A stretch of DNA of 63,917 nucleotides, taken from an uncultured Bdellovibrionales bacterium (GTDB lineage Bacteria > Patescibacteriota > Minisyncoccia > Moranbacterales > GWC2-37-73). Below the pieces are notes generated by a model. The model worked only from the letters and a program-made list of their open reading frames with translations. It did no database searches and was not told the origin of the DNA. A program made the position numbers and the translations under genes. The DNA is taken from NCBI GenBank assembly GCA_964452415.1, contig CAYVME010000001.1:1-63917 (forward strand), given 5' to 3'. Shown piece after piece: positions 43,256-51,891 of this stretch. Each line of letters starts with the position of its first letter. The first letter of the stretch is position 1.

Positions 43256-44632
43256 TTATTTCAATTTTTCAGCGAAGAATTTTGGAAGCTCTGCGATTGC
43301 AATTCTTTCCTGCTCCATGGTATCGCGATCTCGCACTGTCACTGTTTGATTTTCAAGCGAATCAAAATCAACGGTCACGCAATATGGTGTTCCGATTTCA
43401 TCTTGTCGGCGATATCTTTTTCCAACATTTCCATTGTCATCAAATTCGCACATGAAATCCTCACTGAGATTTGCAAAAATTTCTTTGGCCTTGGCAACAA
43501 GCTCAGGCTTGTTTTTCATCAGCGGGAAAACTGCAACTTTGATCGGTGCCACAGCGCTTGGAAATTTCAAAACAATTCTTTCTTCCCCACCTTCCAAAGT
43601 TTCTTCAGTGTAACCTGCGCAAATCGCAGTCAAAATCAAACGATCCAAGCCAACAGTCGGCTCAAGCACATGCGGAGTGTATCTTTCATTTGTCACAGCA
43701 TCAAAATATTCAAGTTTTTGTCCTGAGAATTTTGAGTGCTGAGTCAAATCAAAATCACCGCGATGTGCCAATCCGAAAAGTTCGCCAAATCCAAATGGAA
43801 AATTGTATTCAGTATCAATGGTCTTTTTTGAATAGTGAGAAAGTTTGGCTTTTGGATGTTCATATCTTCGAAGATCTTCTTTCTTGGCGCCAAGTGAAAG
43901 GGCAAATTCTTCTTGTTCGTCCAACCATTTTTCAAACAAAGGTTCCCAATCAGTTTCAGGCTTGATGAAATATTCAATTTCCATTTGTTCAAATTCTCTA
44001 ATTCGGAAGATGAAGTTTCGAGCCACGATTTCATTTCGAAAAGCTTTTCCGATTTGCGCAATTCCAAAGGGAATTTTCACGCGCATTGAATCAACCACAT
44101 TTTTGTAGTCTGAAAAAATTGCACCAGCAGTTTCCGGTCGAAGATAGATTGGTCCCTCCACACCATTCATTTCAGTTTGAAACATTTGAGAAATGTTTCG
44201 CACCTCAGTCCAATCAGATCCTCCACACTCAGGACATTTGAGTCCGGCTTGCAAAGTCTTGGTCATTCTTTCCAATTCTCCCTCCATGTCTTCACCCGTC
44301 AGTTCTTTGACCACATGATCAGCACGAAATCTTTTCTGACATTTTTTGCAATCAACTGAAGCATCATTGAATCCTCCAACATGTCCAGAAGCTTCCCAAA
44401 GTTTGGTGTTGAGCAAAATTGGTCCATCCATTCCGATGATGTCTTCGCGTTTTTGCACGAATTTTTTCCACCACATCTTTTTGATGTTGTTTTTCAGTTC
44501 TGCTCCATATGGACCATAGCTATATGAATTTGCAAGTCCTCCATAAATCTCAGAGGTCGGAAAAACAAATCCCCTTCTTTTGCAAAATGAAACGATTTTC
44601 TCCATTCGATTGTCCTTTTTTTCTTCAGCCAT
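43256..44632 (-). CDS. glyQS: glycyl-tRNA synthetase (alpha2 GlyQS type)
   Basis: IVSFCKRRGFVFPTSEIYGGLANSYSYGPYG, FRNEIVARNFIFRIREFEQMEIEYF, GLDRL. The true start MAEEKK (44632) lies downstream of the T-box leader contained in ORF 43256..44821. Confidence 0.9.
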   Translation of the reverse strand: MAEEKKDNRMEKIVSFCKRRGFVFPTSEIYGGLANSYSYGPYGAELKNNIKKMWWKKFVQKREDIIGMDGPILLNTKLWEASGHVGGFNDASVDCKKCQKRFRADHVVKELTGEDMEGELERMTKTLQAGLKCPECGGSDWTEVRNISQMFQTEMNGVEGPIYLRPETAGAIFSDYKNVVDSMRVKIPFGIAQIGKAFRNEIVARNFIFRIREFEQMEIEYFIKPETDWEPLFEKWLDEQEEFALSLGAKKEDLRRYEHPKAKLSHYSKKTIDTEYNFPFGFGELFGLAHRGDFDLTQHSKFSGQKLEYFDAVTNERYTPHVLEPTVGLDRLILTAICAGYTEETLEGGEERIVLKFPSAVAPIKVAVFPLMKNKPELVAKAKEIFANLSEDFMCEFDDNGNVGKRYRRQDEIGTPYCVTVDFDSLENQTVTVRDRDTMEQERIAIAELPKFFAEKLK

Positions 44633-44651
44633 ATGTTTAAAATAAAAATTA

Positions 44652-44825
44652 TTAGAAAAACAAAAAACTCGTCCTGAACATATCAATTGCTTGATATATT
44701 CGGGACGAGTTTCAATTACCCGCGGTTCCACCCGATTTCCCACCTCTTCGGCAGGCATCTTTATGCGAGGCGATTTTCCTTTATATAAGGGAAAAGGTGC
44801 CAACCTCTTCATCTCACTCACATAG
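44652..44825 (-). promoter_or_regulatory. T-box riboswitch leader of glyQS
   Basis: The minus strand carries the T-box sequence AAAUCGGGUGGAACCGCGGG with a UGGA bulge. An alternative terminator CUCGUCC...GGACGAG plus U6 (44660..44711) follows. The antiterminator pairs UCGGG/CCCGA and GCGGG/CUCGU. Confidence 0.8.
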
Positions 44826-44829
44826 CTAC

Positions 44830-44858
44830 ATTATACTCCTTTTGAAGCCGAAAGTCAA
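44830..44858 (-). promoter_or_regulatory. sigma70-like promoter of the glyQS T-box leader (TTGACT-17-TATAAT)
   Basis: The minus strand reads TTGACT ttcggcttcaaaaggag TATAAT. Confidence 0.65.
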
Positions 44859-44865
44859 TAACCCC

Positions 44866-44894
44866 TTGACAACCAGGCATATTCATACTACAAT
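44866..44894 (+). promoter_or_regulatory. divergent sigma70-like promoter of the DEAD-box helicase (TTGACA-17-TACAAT)
   Basis: The plus strand reads TTGACA accaggcatattcatac TACAAT; about 165-nt leader to the ATG at 45060. Confidence 0.65.
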
Positions 44895-45059
44895 TGATTT
44901 TTATGTTAATACCTTCAGTTGTTAGGTCATCAAGCGTATCTATACATAAAATTTGTTCTCTGCCTCACCTGCTAGTGAGCTTAGGATAAAAATTTAATTT
45001 TTTATGTATACGATTCTTGCTTGGAAGCTTCTTCCCAGTTTGTTTTGTTTAAAATATAC

Positions 45060-46286
45060 ATGCATAGCAGAAACTTTAAGGCGGGTTCTTCGCGCCCACC
45101 TCGCTCAAGAGCGCCATTTCAAGGCGGAAAGAAAAACCCATTCAACAATGGTGGTGGAGGCGGTCGCAAAAAACGCTTCACTGGAAACTTCATCGATATC
45201 TCAAGATTCATCAACAAGGCAGCTCCTCAAGTTGCCGAAGAAAAATATGTGCCAGACACAATTTTTGCTGATTTCAAAATTGAGGAATCAATCAAGAAAA
45301 ATATTGCAGCTCGTGGATTTGAGCATCCAACTCCAATTCAAGACAAAACCATCCCCCACATTTTGGCAGGGAAAGATTTGATTGGACTTGCCAACACTGG
45401 AACTGGAAAAACTGGAGCATTCCTTCTTCCGATGCTGGACAAGATTATCAAAAACCCAAGCGAGAAATTGTTGGTGGTTGTGCCAACTCGAGAATTGGCC
45501 ATTCAGATTCAAGAAGAATTCCGCGCTTTTGCTGCTGGACTTCGCATCGGATCAGTGGTAGTGGTCGGTGGAGCAAACATTCGAAGCCAAATTGAATGTC
45601 TTCGCAGTCGGTACAATGTTGTAATCGGAACTCCAGGACGACTCAAAGATTTGATTCAACGAAAAAATTTGCACCTCAATCAATTTGCAAATGTGGTTCT
45701 TGATGAAGCTGACCGAATGCTCGACATGGGATTCATGCCTGATGTTCGATATCTTCTTTCATTGGTGAAACCAGAAAGACAGACATTGTTTTTCTCTGCC
45801 ACACTTGCGCCTGAAATTGAAAGATTGATTCAGGAATTTTTGAAAGACCCTGTGAAAATTTCCATCAAGACCCGAGAAACTTCTGCCAACATCGACCAAG
45901 ATGTTGTTCGAGTGAAACCAGGTGAAGACAAAATTGAAGTTCTTCAAGATCTTCTTCGCAAAGCTCACTTCTCAAAAGTTTTGATTTTCTCTCGAACCAA
46001 ACACGGAGCAGAAAAACTTTCAATCATTTTGAGCAAGAACGGATTCAAAGCTCAGTCAATTCATGGAGACAAATCTCACGCCAAAAGACAAAAAGCTTTG
46101 AAACTTTTCAAGGAAAACTATGTTGAAATTTTGGTGGCAACTGATGTGGCCGCTCGTGGATTGGACATCCCTGATGTTTCTCATGTGATCAACTTCGATG
46201 TTCCTGCAACATATGACGACTATGTCCACCGAATCGGAAGAACCGGACGCGCCGGCAAAACCGGAACCGCGCTGACATTTGTGTAG
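45060..46286 (+). CDS. DEAD-box ATP-dependent RNA helicase with Arg/Gly-rich N-terminal tail
   Basis: Q motif FEHPTPIQ, motif I ANTGTGKT, motif II VLDEADRMLDMGF, SAT, HRIGRTGRAG. ATG at 45060 inside ORF 45021..46286. Confidence 0.9.
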   Translation: MHSRNFKAGSSRPPRSRAPFQGGKKNPFNNGGGGGRKKRFTGNFIDISRFINKAAPQVAEEKYVPDTIFADFKIEESIKKNIAARGFEHPTPIQDKTIPHILAGKDLIGLANTGTGKTGAFLLPMLDKIIKNPSEKLLVVVPTRELAIQIQEEFRAFAAGLRIGSVVVVGGANIRSQIECLRSRYNVVIGTPGRLKDLIQRKNLHLNQFANVVLDEADRMLDMGFMPDVRYLLSLVKPERQTLFFSATLAPEIERLIQEFLKDPVKISIKTRETSANIDQDVVRVKPGEDKIEVLQDLLRKAHFSKVLIFSRTKHGAEKLSIILSKNGFKAQSIHGDKSHAKRQKALKLFKENYVEILVATDVAARGLDIPDVSHVINFDVPATYDDYVHRIGRTGRAGKTGTALTFV

Positions 46287-46289
46287 AAT

Positions 46290-46317
46290 AGCTTACAGCT
46301 TATAGCTTGCAGCTTAT
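46290..46317. repeat. heptad tandem repeat (AGCTTNN)x4
   Basis: agcttac agcttat agcttgc agcttat, directly after the helicase stop. Confidence 0.8.
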
Positions 46318-46322
46318 AATTT

Positions 46323-46353
46323 AAAAACGAGACTTTTTTGGTCTCGTTTTTTT
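46323..46353. terminator. bidirectional rho-independent terminator between the helicase and parB
   Basis: aaaaa cgagac ttttttg gtctcg ttttttt. Confidence 0.7.
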
Positions 46354-46365
46354 GTTTGTGATTTT

Positions 46366-47301
46366 TTAATGTGAAAATTTTTCAAGCAATGAATCCAAAT
46401 CTTCCTTGGAATAATATTCGATCACAATTTTTCCGCCACCTCCAGACTTTGTCACTTTCACTTTTGTTCCAAGCGCGCCAACCAACATGTTTTCAAGTTC
46501 GCTGAGTTCCGGATCGGAAACTTTTTTTCCAGCATAGGTTTTGGTTGAAATTTCCCTGGTTTTTTCTTCGATTTGTCTGACAGTCAAACTATTTTTCAAA
46601 ATCAATTCATACAAAGCTCTTTGTTTTTCAGGATTTTCAATTGAAAGAATTGCTTTGGCATGTCCTTCAGTTATTTTCCCATCAATCAAACCTTTTTGAA
46701 TTTCAATCGGCAAAGTTAGGAGTCTCATCTTGTTGGCAACCAAACTTCGGCTCTTACCCATTTTCACTGCAACTTCCTCCTGGCTGAATTGAAAATCATC
46801 AGCCAATTTCTGATAAGCCTTTCCTTCCTCGATTGCATTAAGATCATGACGTTGAACATTTTCAATGATTGCCAATTCCAATTTCTGAAGCTCGGAAGCT
46901 TCACGAATAATCACTGGAACTTTTTTGAGTCCTGCAAGTTTTGAAGCTTGAAAGCGTCGCTCGCCTGCGATCAATTCATACAAATTTCCTTTTCGAGTCA
47001 CAATCAATGGCTGGATGACTCCGTGCATCTTGATCGATTGAGAAAGATTCTGCAGTTTTTCATCGTCAAAAAGATTTCTTGGCTGATGAGGATTGGCCAC
47101 GATTTGATTGACATCAACCTCAATCACAAAATTGTCACCACGAATTGAATCATCACTTGCACTCACCGTGCGCTTGGCAAATTCCTCAGCATTTTGGAAT
47201 GTTTGAGGCTGAGTTTGAGCTTGATCTTGCGCTTGATTTTGTGATTGCTTGTTTGGAATAAGTGAAGAAAGTCCTCTTCCAAGACCGAATTGTTGAGTCA
47301 T
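46366..47301 (-). CDS. parB: chromosome partitioning protein ParB/Spo0J
   Basis: ANPHQPRNLFDDEKLQNLSQSIKMHGVIQPLIV, ELIAGERRFQASKLAGL, HTH FSQEEVAVKMGKSRSLVANKMRLL. Confidence 0.88.
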   Translation of the reverse strand: MTQQFGLGRGLSSLIPNKQSQNQAQDQAQTQPQTFQNAEEFAKRTVSASDDSIRGDNFVIEVDVNQIVANPHQPRNLFDDEKLQNLSQSIKMHGVIQPLIVTRKGNLYELIAGERRFQASKLAGLKKVPVIIREASELQKLELAIIENVQRHDLNAIEEGKAYQKLADDFQFSQEEVAVKMGKSRSLVANKMRLLTLPIEIQKGLIDGKITEGHAKAILSIENPEKQRALYELILKNSLTVRQIEEKTREISTKTYAGKKVSDPELSELENMLVGALGTKVKVTKSGGGGKIVIEYYSKEDLDSLLEKFSH

Positions 47302-47401
47302 AATTCAAATAGTTAGAAATTTTTTATTATCTAGTGAAACGAGCGAAATGATTCGTCAGCAGACGAGCATTTCCGAGTGAGCGACGATAACAAAAGGTTT
47401 G

Positions 47402-47456
47402 ATACCTCGAGGCTTGCCTCGAAAGCCCAAAGGGTCCAGGGCTTGCCCTGGGGTAT
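47402..47456. other. GC-rich twin-hairpin element in the parA-parB spacer
   Basis: Closing helix atacc/ggtat around two 6-bp hairpins that share the same CTTG loop (tcgagg cttg cctcga; ccaggg cttg ccctgg). Confidence 0.45.
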
Positions 47457-47468
47457 TAAACTCTTTTA

Positions 47469-48257
47469 TTACATTGCGTTTTTTATTTTCTCCGCGTCAT
47501 CTCTCTCAATCATCTCCTTGACCAAATTTTTGTATGACCTTGCACCCTTAGAAAGACCATCGAAACTCAAGATTGATTTTCCATAACTTGGGGCCTCAGC
47601 GAGACGAACACTGCGAGGAATAACACTATCGAAAACATGTCCCGGAAAATGATTTCTCATTTCCTTGACCACCTGTCTGGCAAGTCTGTTTCTTCTGTCA
47701 TACATCGTGAGCACCGCTCCCATAATTTTCAGATTTGGTTGCAGATGTTTTTGAACAAGCTCAATTGTTTCCAAGAGCTGACTGAGTCCCTCAAGAGCAT
47801 AGTATTCAGTCTGAACGGGAATTAGAACCGCATCACTGGCCACAAGACCATTGATCGTGAGAAGTCCCAAACTTGGCGGACTATCAATGATAATGTAGTC
47901 ATAGTCAGTTCTCACCTGGCGAAGCACATCATACAATTTAAATTCTCGATTGTCAAAATGGACCATTTCAACTCCAGCCCCCGCCAAATCTTGCGAACTT
48001 GGCAAAAGATCATGACCGGCGTCATGCATTCGAATGATCACATTTCTTGGGTGTTCTCCTCCAACCAAAGTGCTGTACAATCCCTTTTCCAAATTGCGCA
48101 CATCAAGTCCAAGCCCAGAGGAAGCATTTCCTTGCGGATCAAGATCAACCAAAAGCACCAATTTCCCAAAACTGGCCAGATATGTGGCGATATTGATGGC
48201 GGTCGTGGTCTTGCCCACACCACCCTTTTGATTTATAAGTGAAATTATCTTAGCCAT
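47469..48257 (-). CDS. parA: chromosome partitioning ATPase ParA/Soj
   Basis: Deviant Walker A INQKGGVGKTTTAINIA, DLDPQGN, IIIDSPPSLG. Confidence 0.9.
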   Translation of the reverse strand: MAKIISLINQKGGVGKTTTAINIATYLASFGKLVLLVDLDPQGNASSGLGLDVRNLEKGLYSTLVGGEHPRNVIIRMHDAGHDLLPSSQDLAGAGVEMVHFDNREFKLYDVLRQVRTDYDYIIIDSPPSLGLLTINGLVASDAVLIPVQTEYYALEGLSQLLETIELVQKHLQPNLKIMGAVLTMYDRRNRLARQVVKEMRNHFPGHVFDSVIPRSVRLAEAPSYGKSILSFDGLSKGARSYKNLVKEMIERDDAEKIKNAM

Positions 48258-48362
48258 CTATTTTTATTGTAATACTGATAAATTGTTACATTATTTTTCA
48301 GATTCAAAACAAAATCCATGGCATTTAACAATATAGCCATATGACAATGTAATGATAGCACA

Positions 48363-48391
48363 TTGACAATTCCTTTTCAATATACTATCAT
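48363..48391 (+). promoter_or_regulatory. sigma70-like promoter of tRNA-Leu (TTGACA-17-TATCAT)
   Basis: TTGACA attccttttcaatatac TATCAT, about 35 nt upstream of the tRNA 5' end. Confidence 0.55.
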
Positions 48392-48425
48392 TTATAAGTA
48401 AAAAGGCTCCAGATGGCCATAATAT

Positions 48426-48509
48426 GCCCGGGTGATGGAATTGGTATTCATGCGCGACTCAAAATCGTGTGGCAGTAATGTCGTGGGAGTTCGAGTCTCC
48501 CCCCGGGCA
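48426..48509 (+). tRNA. tRNA-Leu (anticodon CAA), class II long variable arm, no encoded CCA
   Basis: Hand fold: acceptor GCCCGGG/CCCGGGC plus discriminator A; D arm ATGG..TCAT; anticodon stem CGCGA/TCGTG with loop CTCAAAA; variable arm TGGCAGTAATGTCGT; T arm GGGAG TTCGAGT CTCCC. Confidence 0.85.
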
Positions 48510-48525
48510 CATCAACAAAAACAAA

Positions 48526-49092
48526 ATGGATAAAAACAACCTTGCATACCTTGTTGGTGTTGCGATGGGTGATGGAAATTTATCAAACCCAAATGGAAGA
48601 GCTGTGCGTCTTCGGGTTACTTGTGACAAAAAATACAAAAAATTGATTGATAATATAATTTCATCAATCAGTAAACTTCTTCCAAACAATAAAGTCAGCG
48701 AAGTTATCCGAAAGGATAATTGCACAGATATAAGTTGTTATTCAAATAAGTGGGAAAATTTTCTTGGCTGGAGTGCAAAAGGAGGTTCGAAAGAAAAACA
48801 AGAAATAACCATTCCCGAATGGATAAAGAAAAATGAGAAATATTCCATATCATGTCTGAAAGGATTATTCGAAACTGATGGATCAATTTATACTGACAGA
48901 AAATATTTGATGGCAAATTTTGTAACGATAATACCAACATTGGCAGCTGATGTCATGGAAATAATAACAGGTCTCGGATTCAAGCCAAATATGCAATTGC
49001 GTAAAGAAAAAAATGAAAAAATAAAGCATACTATCAGAATATCCAAAGATACTGAAGAGTTTATAAAACTAGTAAATATAGATAAAAGTTAA
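48526..49092 (+). CDS. free-standing LAGLIDADG homing endonuclease (double-motif)
   Basis: Motif 1 LAYLVGVAMGDGNL and motif 2 LKGLFETDGSI. Start MDKNN lies 17 nt after the tRNA-Leu 3' end, inside ORF 48469..49092. Confidence 0.8.
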   Translation: MDKNNLAYLVGVAMGDGNLSNPNGRAVRLRVTCDKKYKKLIDNIISSISKLLPNNKVSEVIRKDNCTDISCYSNKWENFLGWSAKGGSKEKQEITIPEWIKKNEKYSISCLKGLFETDGSIYTDRKYLMANFVTIIPTLAADVMEIITGLGFKPNMQLRKEKNEKIKHTIRISKDTEEFIKLVNIDKS

Positions 49093-49123
49093 AATTGAAC
49101 CTTAACAATATAAGGAGAATTTC

Positions 49124-49246
49124 ATGGAAAATTGTATAAATGAAATTTATAAAGCCATCAAAGAGAACAAAGTAACCACGCAAGATTCTCCATTTATACA
49201 CACCGACACACATGCTTATCTTGCACGAATTGAAAATATGCAATAA
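49124..49246 (+). CDS. possible 40-aa ORF downstream of the endonuclease
   Basis: AGGAG lies 7 nt upstream of the ATG. Product MENCINEIYKAIKENKVTTQDSPFIHTDTHAYLARIENMQ, followed by a terminator. Confidence 0.3.
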   Translation: MENCINEIYKAIKENKVTTQDSPFIHTDTHAYLARIENMQ

Positions 49247-49253
49247 AAGAAAC

Positions 49254-49292
49254 TTCAAAAAAAGCCCGCGCTAAATGCACGGGCTTTTGAAT
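49254..49292. terminator. rho-independent terminator (agcccg...cgggct + TTTTGAATTTT), usable from both strands
   Basis: aaaaaaa agcccg cgctaaatgca cgggct tttgaatttt. Confidence 0.6.
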
Positions 49293-49334
49293 TTTGTATT
49301 CACCTGCAAGCCGTACCTTGTCAGCTGTAAGCTA

Positions 49335-50333
49335 TTACACTTTTTTCTTTTTCTTGGTTGCAATTTTCACCACTCGCTTATTGATCTTTGTCATTTGACG
49401 AACCACATGAATTTTTGTTATCTTTGCTTTTCTGTCTTTGAGTGTCTTAAAAATCTTCTTAGAGAGAACGAATAAAATTCCGAAAGATGCGACAAGAAAA
49501 ATGAACTTCACACCGAGAACAATGAACATGTTGTTTTTCACGTTTTGACTTGTTGAATTTCCTTGACCAAAAAAGCTTCCTGCAAAATTGCCTCTTTCAT
49601 TTTTCTCACTCCTTTTTCCGACGGTTACATAATCTGCAAAAATAATCTTGATGTATCCTTTGTCTTGAGCAAGTTGAGTTGGTGCTGGATAGATTGCAAT
49701 TTCAGGTTTTGCTTCTGGAGATTGATCCTCTTCTGAAATATCAACATCTTCCTGAGCCGAAACTGAACTTGAAGCATCAGCGGCAGTTGCAGCCATCGGA
49801 TAATAAAAATTGTTCGCTGGAATTTTTTGAGTTGACTCCTGAATAACTTGGGTTCCGATTTTTTTCAATTCAGCGAATGTCTTGTCAAAATTTACAGCTG
49901 GAATCTGCACCACCATTGAACCTTTTTTCAAATTTTTCGACGCATATGAAATGAAAGTTGCATACACGCTTCCACCATTTTTAGTGCTGGAATCTGCCAC
50001 TGCTTTTTTCGCAGATTCAAGATCGCCAACAACCACAGCAATTTCTCCACTCATGAGAGCGTCCTGAGGCAAAACAAATTGATCAATTGGATCTGGCGTG
50101 ACTGGGCCTGGACAATATTTGTTGCCATATCCAGCCATGACTGAACATCTTGAATAATCTCCACCACGCATCATGCCAGCGCCATTTCCGAGTTGACGCA
50201 TTCTCCAGCCAACTGAGGCAATCACCAACAAGAAAACCATGAGTGCTATCACAGCAACCCCAATCACAAAAACTTTTTTATGTTTCGGACCAAAACCTTT
50301 GCAACAACTTTGTGAATTTTCTTTTGTTTCCAT
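49335..50333 (-). CDS. hypothetical protein with N- and C-terminal TM anchors
   Basis: 332 aa. TM near the N-terminus (VFVIGVAVIALMVFLLVIASV) and near the C-terminus (MFIVLGVKFIFLVASFGILFVL), with a Lys-rich tail. Confidence 0.5.
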   Translation of the reverse strand: METKENSQSCCKGFGPKHKKVFVIGVAVIALMVFLLVIASVGWRMRQLGNGAGMMRGGDYSRCSVMAGYGNKYCPGPVTPDPIDQFVLPQDALMSGEIAVVVGDLESAKKAVADSSTKNGGSVYATFISYASKNLKKGSMVVQIPAVNFDKTFAELKKIGTQVIQESTQKIPANNFYYPMAATAADASSSVSAQEDVDISEEDQSPEAKPEIAIYPAPTQLAQDKGYIKIIFADYVTVGKRSEKNERGNFAGSFFGQGNSTSQNVKNNMFIVLGVKFIFLVASFGILFVLSKKIFKTLKDRKAKITKIHVVRQMTKINKRVVKIATKKKKKV

Positions 50334-50460
50334 ATTTTTATTTTTAATTTATCAATATGAAAATTATAGCACATTTTTATGAAAAATAAAAAAAGAAGGG
50401 TATCACAAATAGTGATACCCTCAAAATTAACACTCGCGAAAATTAACCAGCTCATTGAAT

Positions 50461-51696
50461 TCAATGATTTTTTTTGCGCGGTCTTATCATCTCGAAAAGT
50501 TTTGTTTCGTTGTTAACTAGCAATGGTAACGGATACATGAACTTTTTTAGTTCAGGATACCAGCCAGAATCTGGAGATCTGTACTCAGAAGCTTGTTCCA
50601 TTGCAAGCCTGCTATAATATTTTGCCTCCTGCCTGGCAGATGTTTCAGTTTCATCCCCTCCATAACAAGCTGCAGTTAAAAGCAAAAATCCTTTTGGAGC
50701 ATTAGGTTTTATTACATCCAACCCAATCCTTATAACCTTCGACAACTCTGGGTTCAAAAGACCAACCAGCACTGCCGTATTTGGCACCGTTATTGATTCA
50801 GATGGCCTTGATTTGCAAATTCCTAAAATCCATTCACCATGTGTCATTTCCTCAATAGGGCGCTTGGATTTCCTAATCGCAGATCCATGTTTAATGTTTC
50901 CTTGCAATATCGGAAGCAAATCCAATTTCATCTGAAGCGACATACTTGGATACAATTCACATATCAAAGCAAAAAGTTCACCCACTGAGACATTCTCAGG
51001 CTGATTAGCCAAATCGCGTTTTTGCCCATTTTCACCATGAAGCACAAAAAACTCATCATCTGTGTCCATGCCAAATACAATTGCAAAAACCTTGTGCCTG
51101 GATCCCTGATAGGCTTTTTCGATGTTCATCCTGAAACCCTTAGCATCCCTGATGGATTGTTCAATATCAAAATTAGACGCCTTACATCCCCTTGTTTTGT
51201 TATCCCCCCTGGAAAAATGATAGGTGCAAATTATTAAAGTGGAAAATTCCACTTGCTTCAGCAATTCAGTATTGCCACCTTGTTTATAATTTTTCTCAGA
51301 ACATCTCAATGAATCAAGCAAGTTTTGACGCTTCGCCATTAACCGCAATTGCTCGTCTATTGATTGCAAACTTCTACGCTCCAAAAATTTTATATACCCA
51401 TCGCGTATTAAGCCCTTGACTGATTCGTTTAAACCATTCCATCCCCAGTTAAACTTTCCACCCAGATTTCTGAAGGTTTCCAAAAAGCCAAGTGGCATTT
51501 CCGCAAAACGAGAAACCATAAGTCGACCATCACTGCACTTAAACACTATTACTTGAGTAGGATGTTCAGCTTTATACAGGTCAAGAGAGTCGAGATCTGC
51601 AAGGTATTTCTCTGAATACTGCCTGTTAATATCAAACAGCTCTTCAACCTTTTCCCTGAAAAAGACAGGTATGTGCGAAAAAATATTTTCTGACAT
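50461..51696 (-). CDS. hypothetical protein with a beta-carbonic-anhydrase-like (CsoSCA-like) metal-site motif
   Basis: 411 aa. C54-S-D56-G-R58 (the CxDxR motif of beta-CAs), then H160-x10-C171 (YHFSRGDNKTRGC). Adjacent to a SulP transporter. Confidence 0.35.
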   Translation of the reverse strand: MSENIFSHIPVFFREKVEELFDINRQYSEKYLADLDSLDLYKAEHPTQVIVFKCSDGRLMVSRFAEMPLGFLETFRNLGGKFNWGWNGLNESVKGLIRDGYIKFLERRSLQSIDEQLRLMAKRQNLLDSLRCSEKNYKQGGNTELLKQVEFSTLIICTYHFSRGDNKTRGCKASNFDIEQSIRDAKGFRMNIEKAYQGSRHKVFAIVFGMDTDDEFFVLHGENGQKRDLANQPENVSVGELFALICELYPSMSLQMKLDLLPILQGNIKHGSAIRKSKRPIEEMTHGEWILGICKSRPSESITVPNTAVLVGLLNPELSKVIRIGLDVIKPNAPKGFLLLTAACYGGDETETSARQEAKYYSRLAMEQASEYRSPDSGWYPELKKFMYPLPLLVNNETKLFEMIRPRKKNH

Positions 51697-51843
51697 GCGA
51701 TAATACCTCCAATTTTAGATAGTGATCAATCTTAGAATTATTTCTTTATGATGTTGTAAAAAAACTAGCACGCTTCTTTCATGTAGCACACCATCATTTT
51801 CTCGAAATGCATTTTTAATATCACACCAAAAATACATTTCTTC

Positions 51844-51875
51844 GAAAAGAAAAGCGCACACAAAGATGTGTCGCT
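51844..51875 (-). terminator. rho-independent terminator after the SulP gene
   Basis: Minus strand: AGCGACACA TCTT TGTGTGCGCT (one bulge), followed by TTTCTTTTC. Confidence 0.65.
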
Positions 51876-51891
51876 TTTCAAAAACAAAAAC

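Noticed and set aside
48426-49092. LAGLIDADG ORF considered as an intron-encoded gene within tRNA-Leu.
   Set aside because: The tRNA folds as a complete, uninterrupted cloverleaf ending before the ORF, and no second tRNA half is seen downstream.
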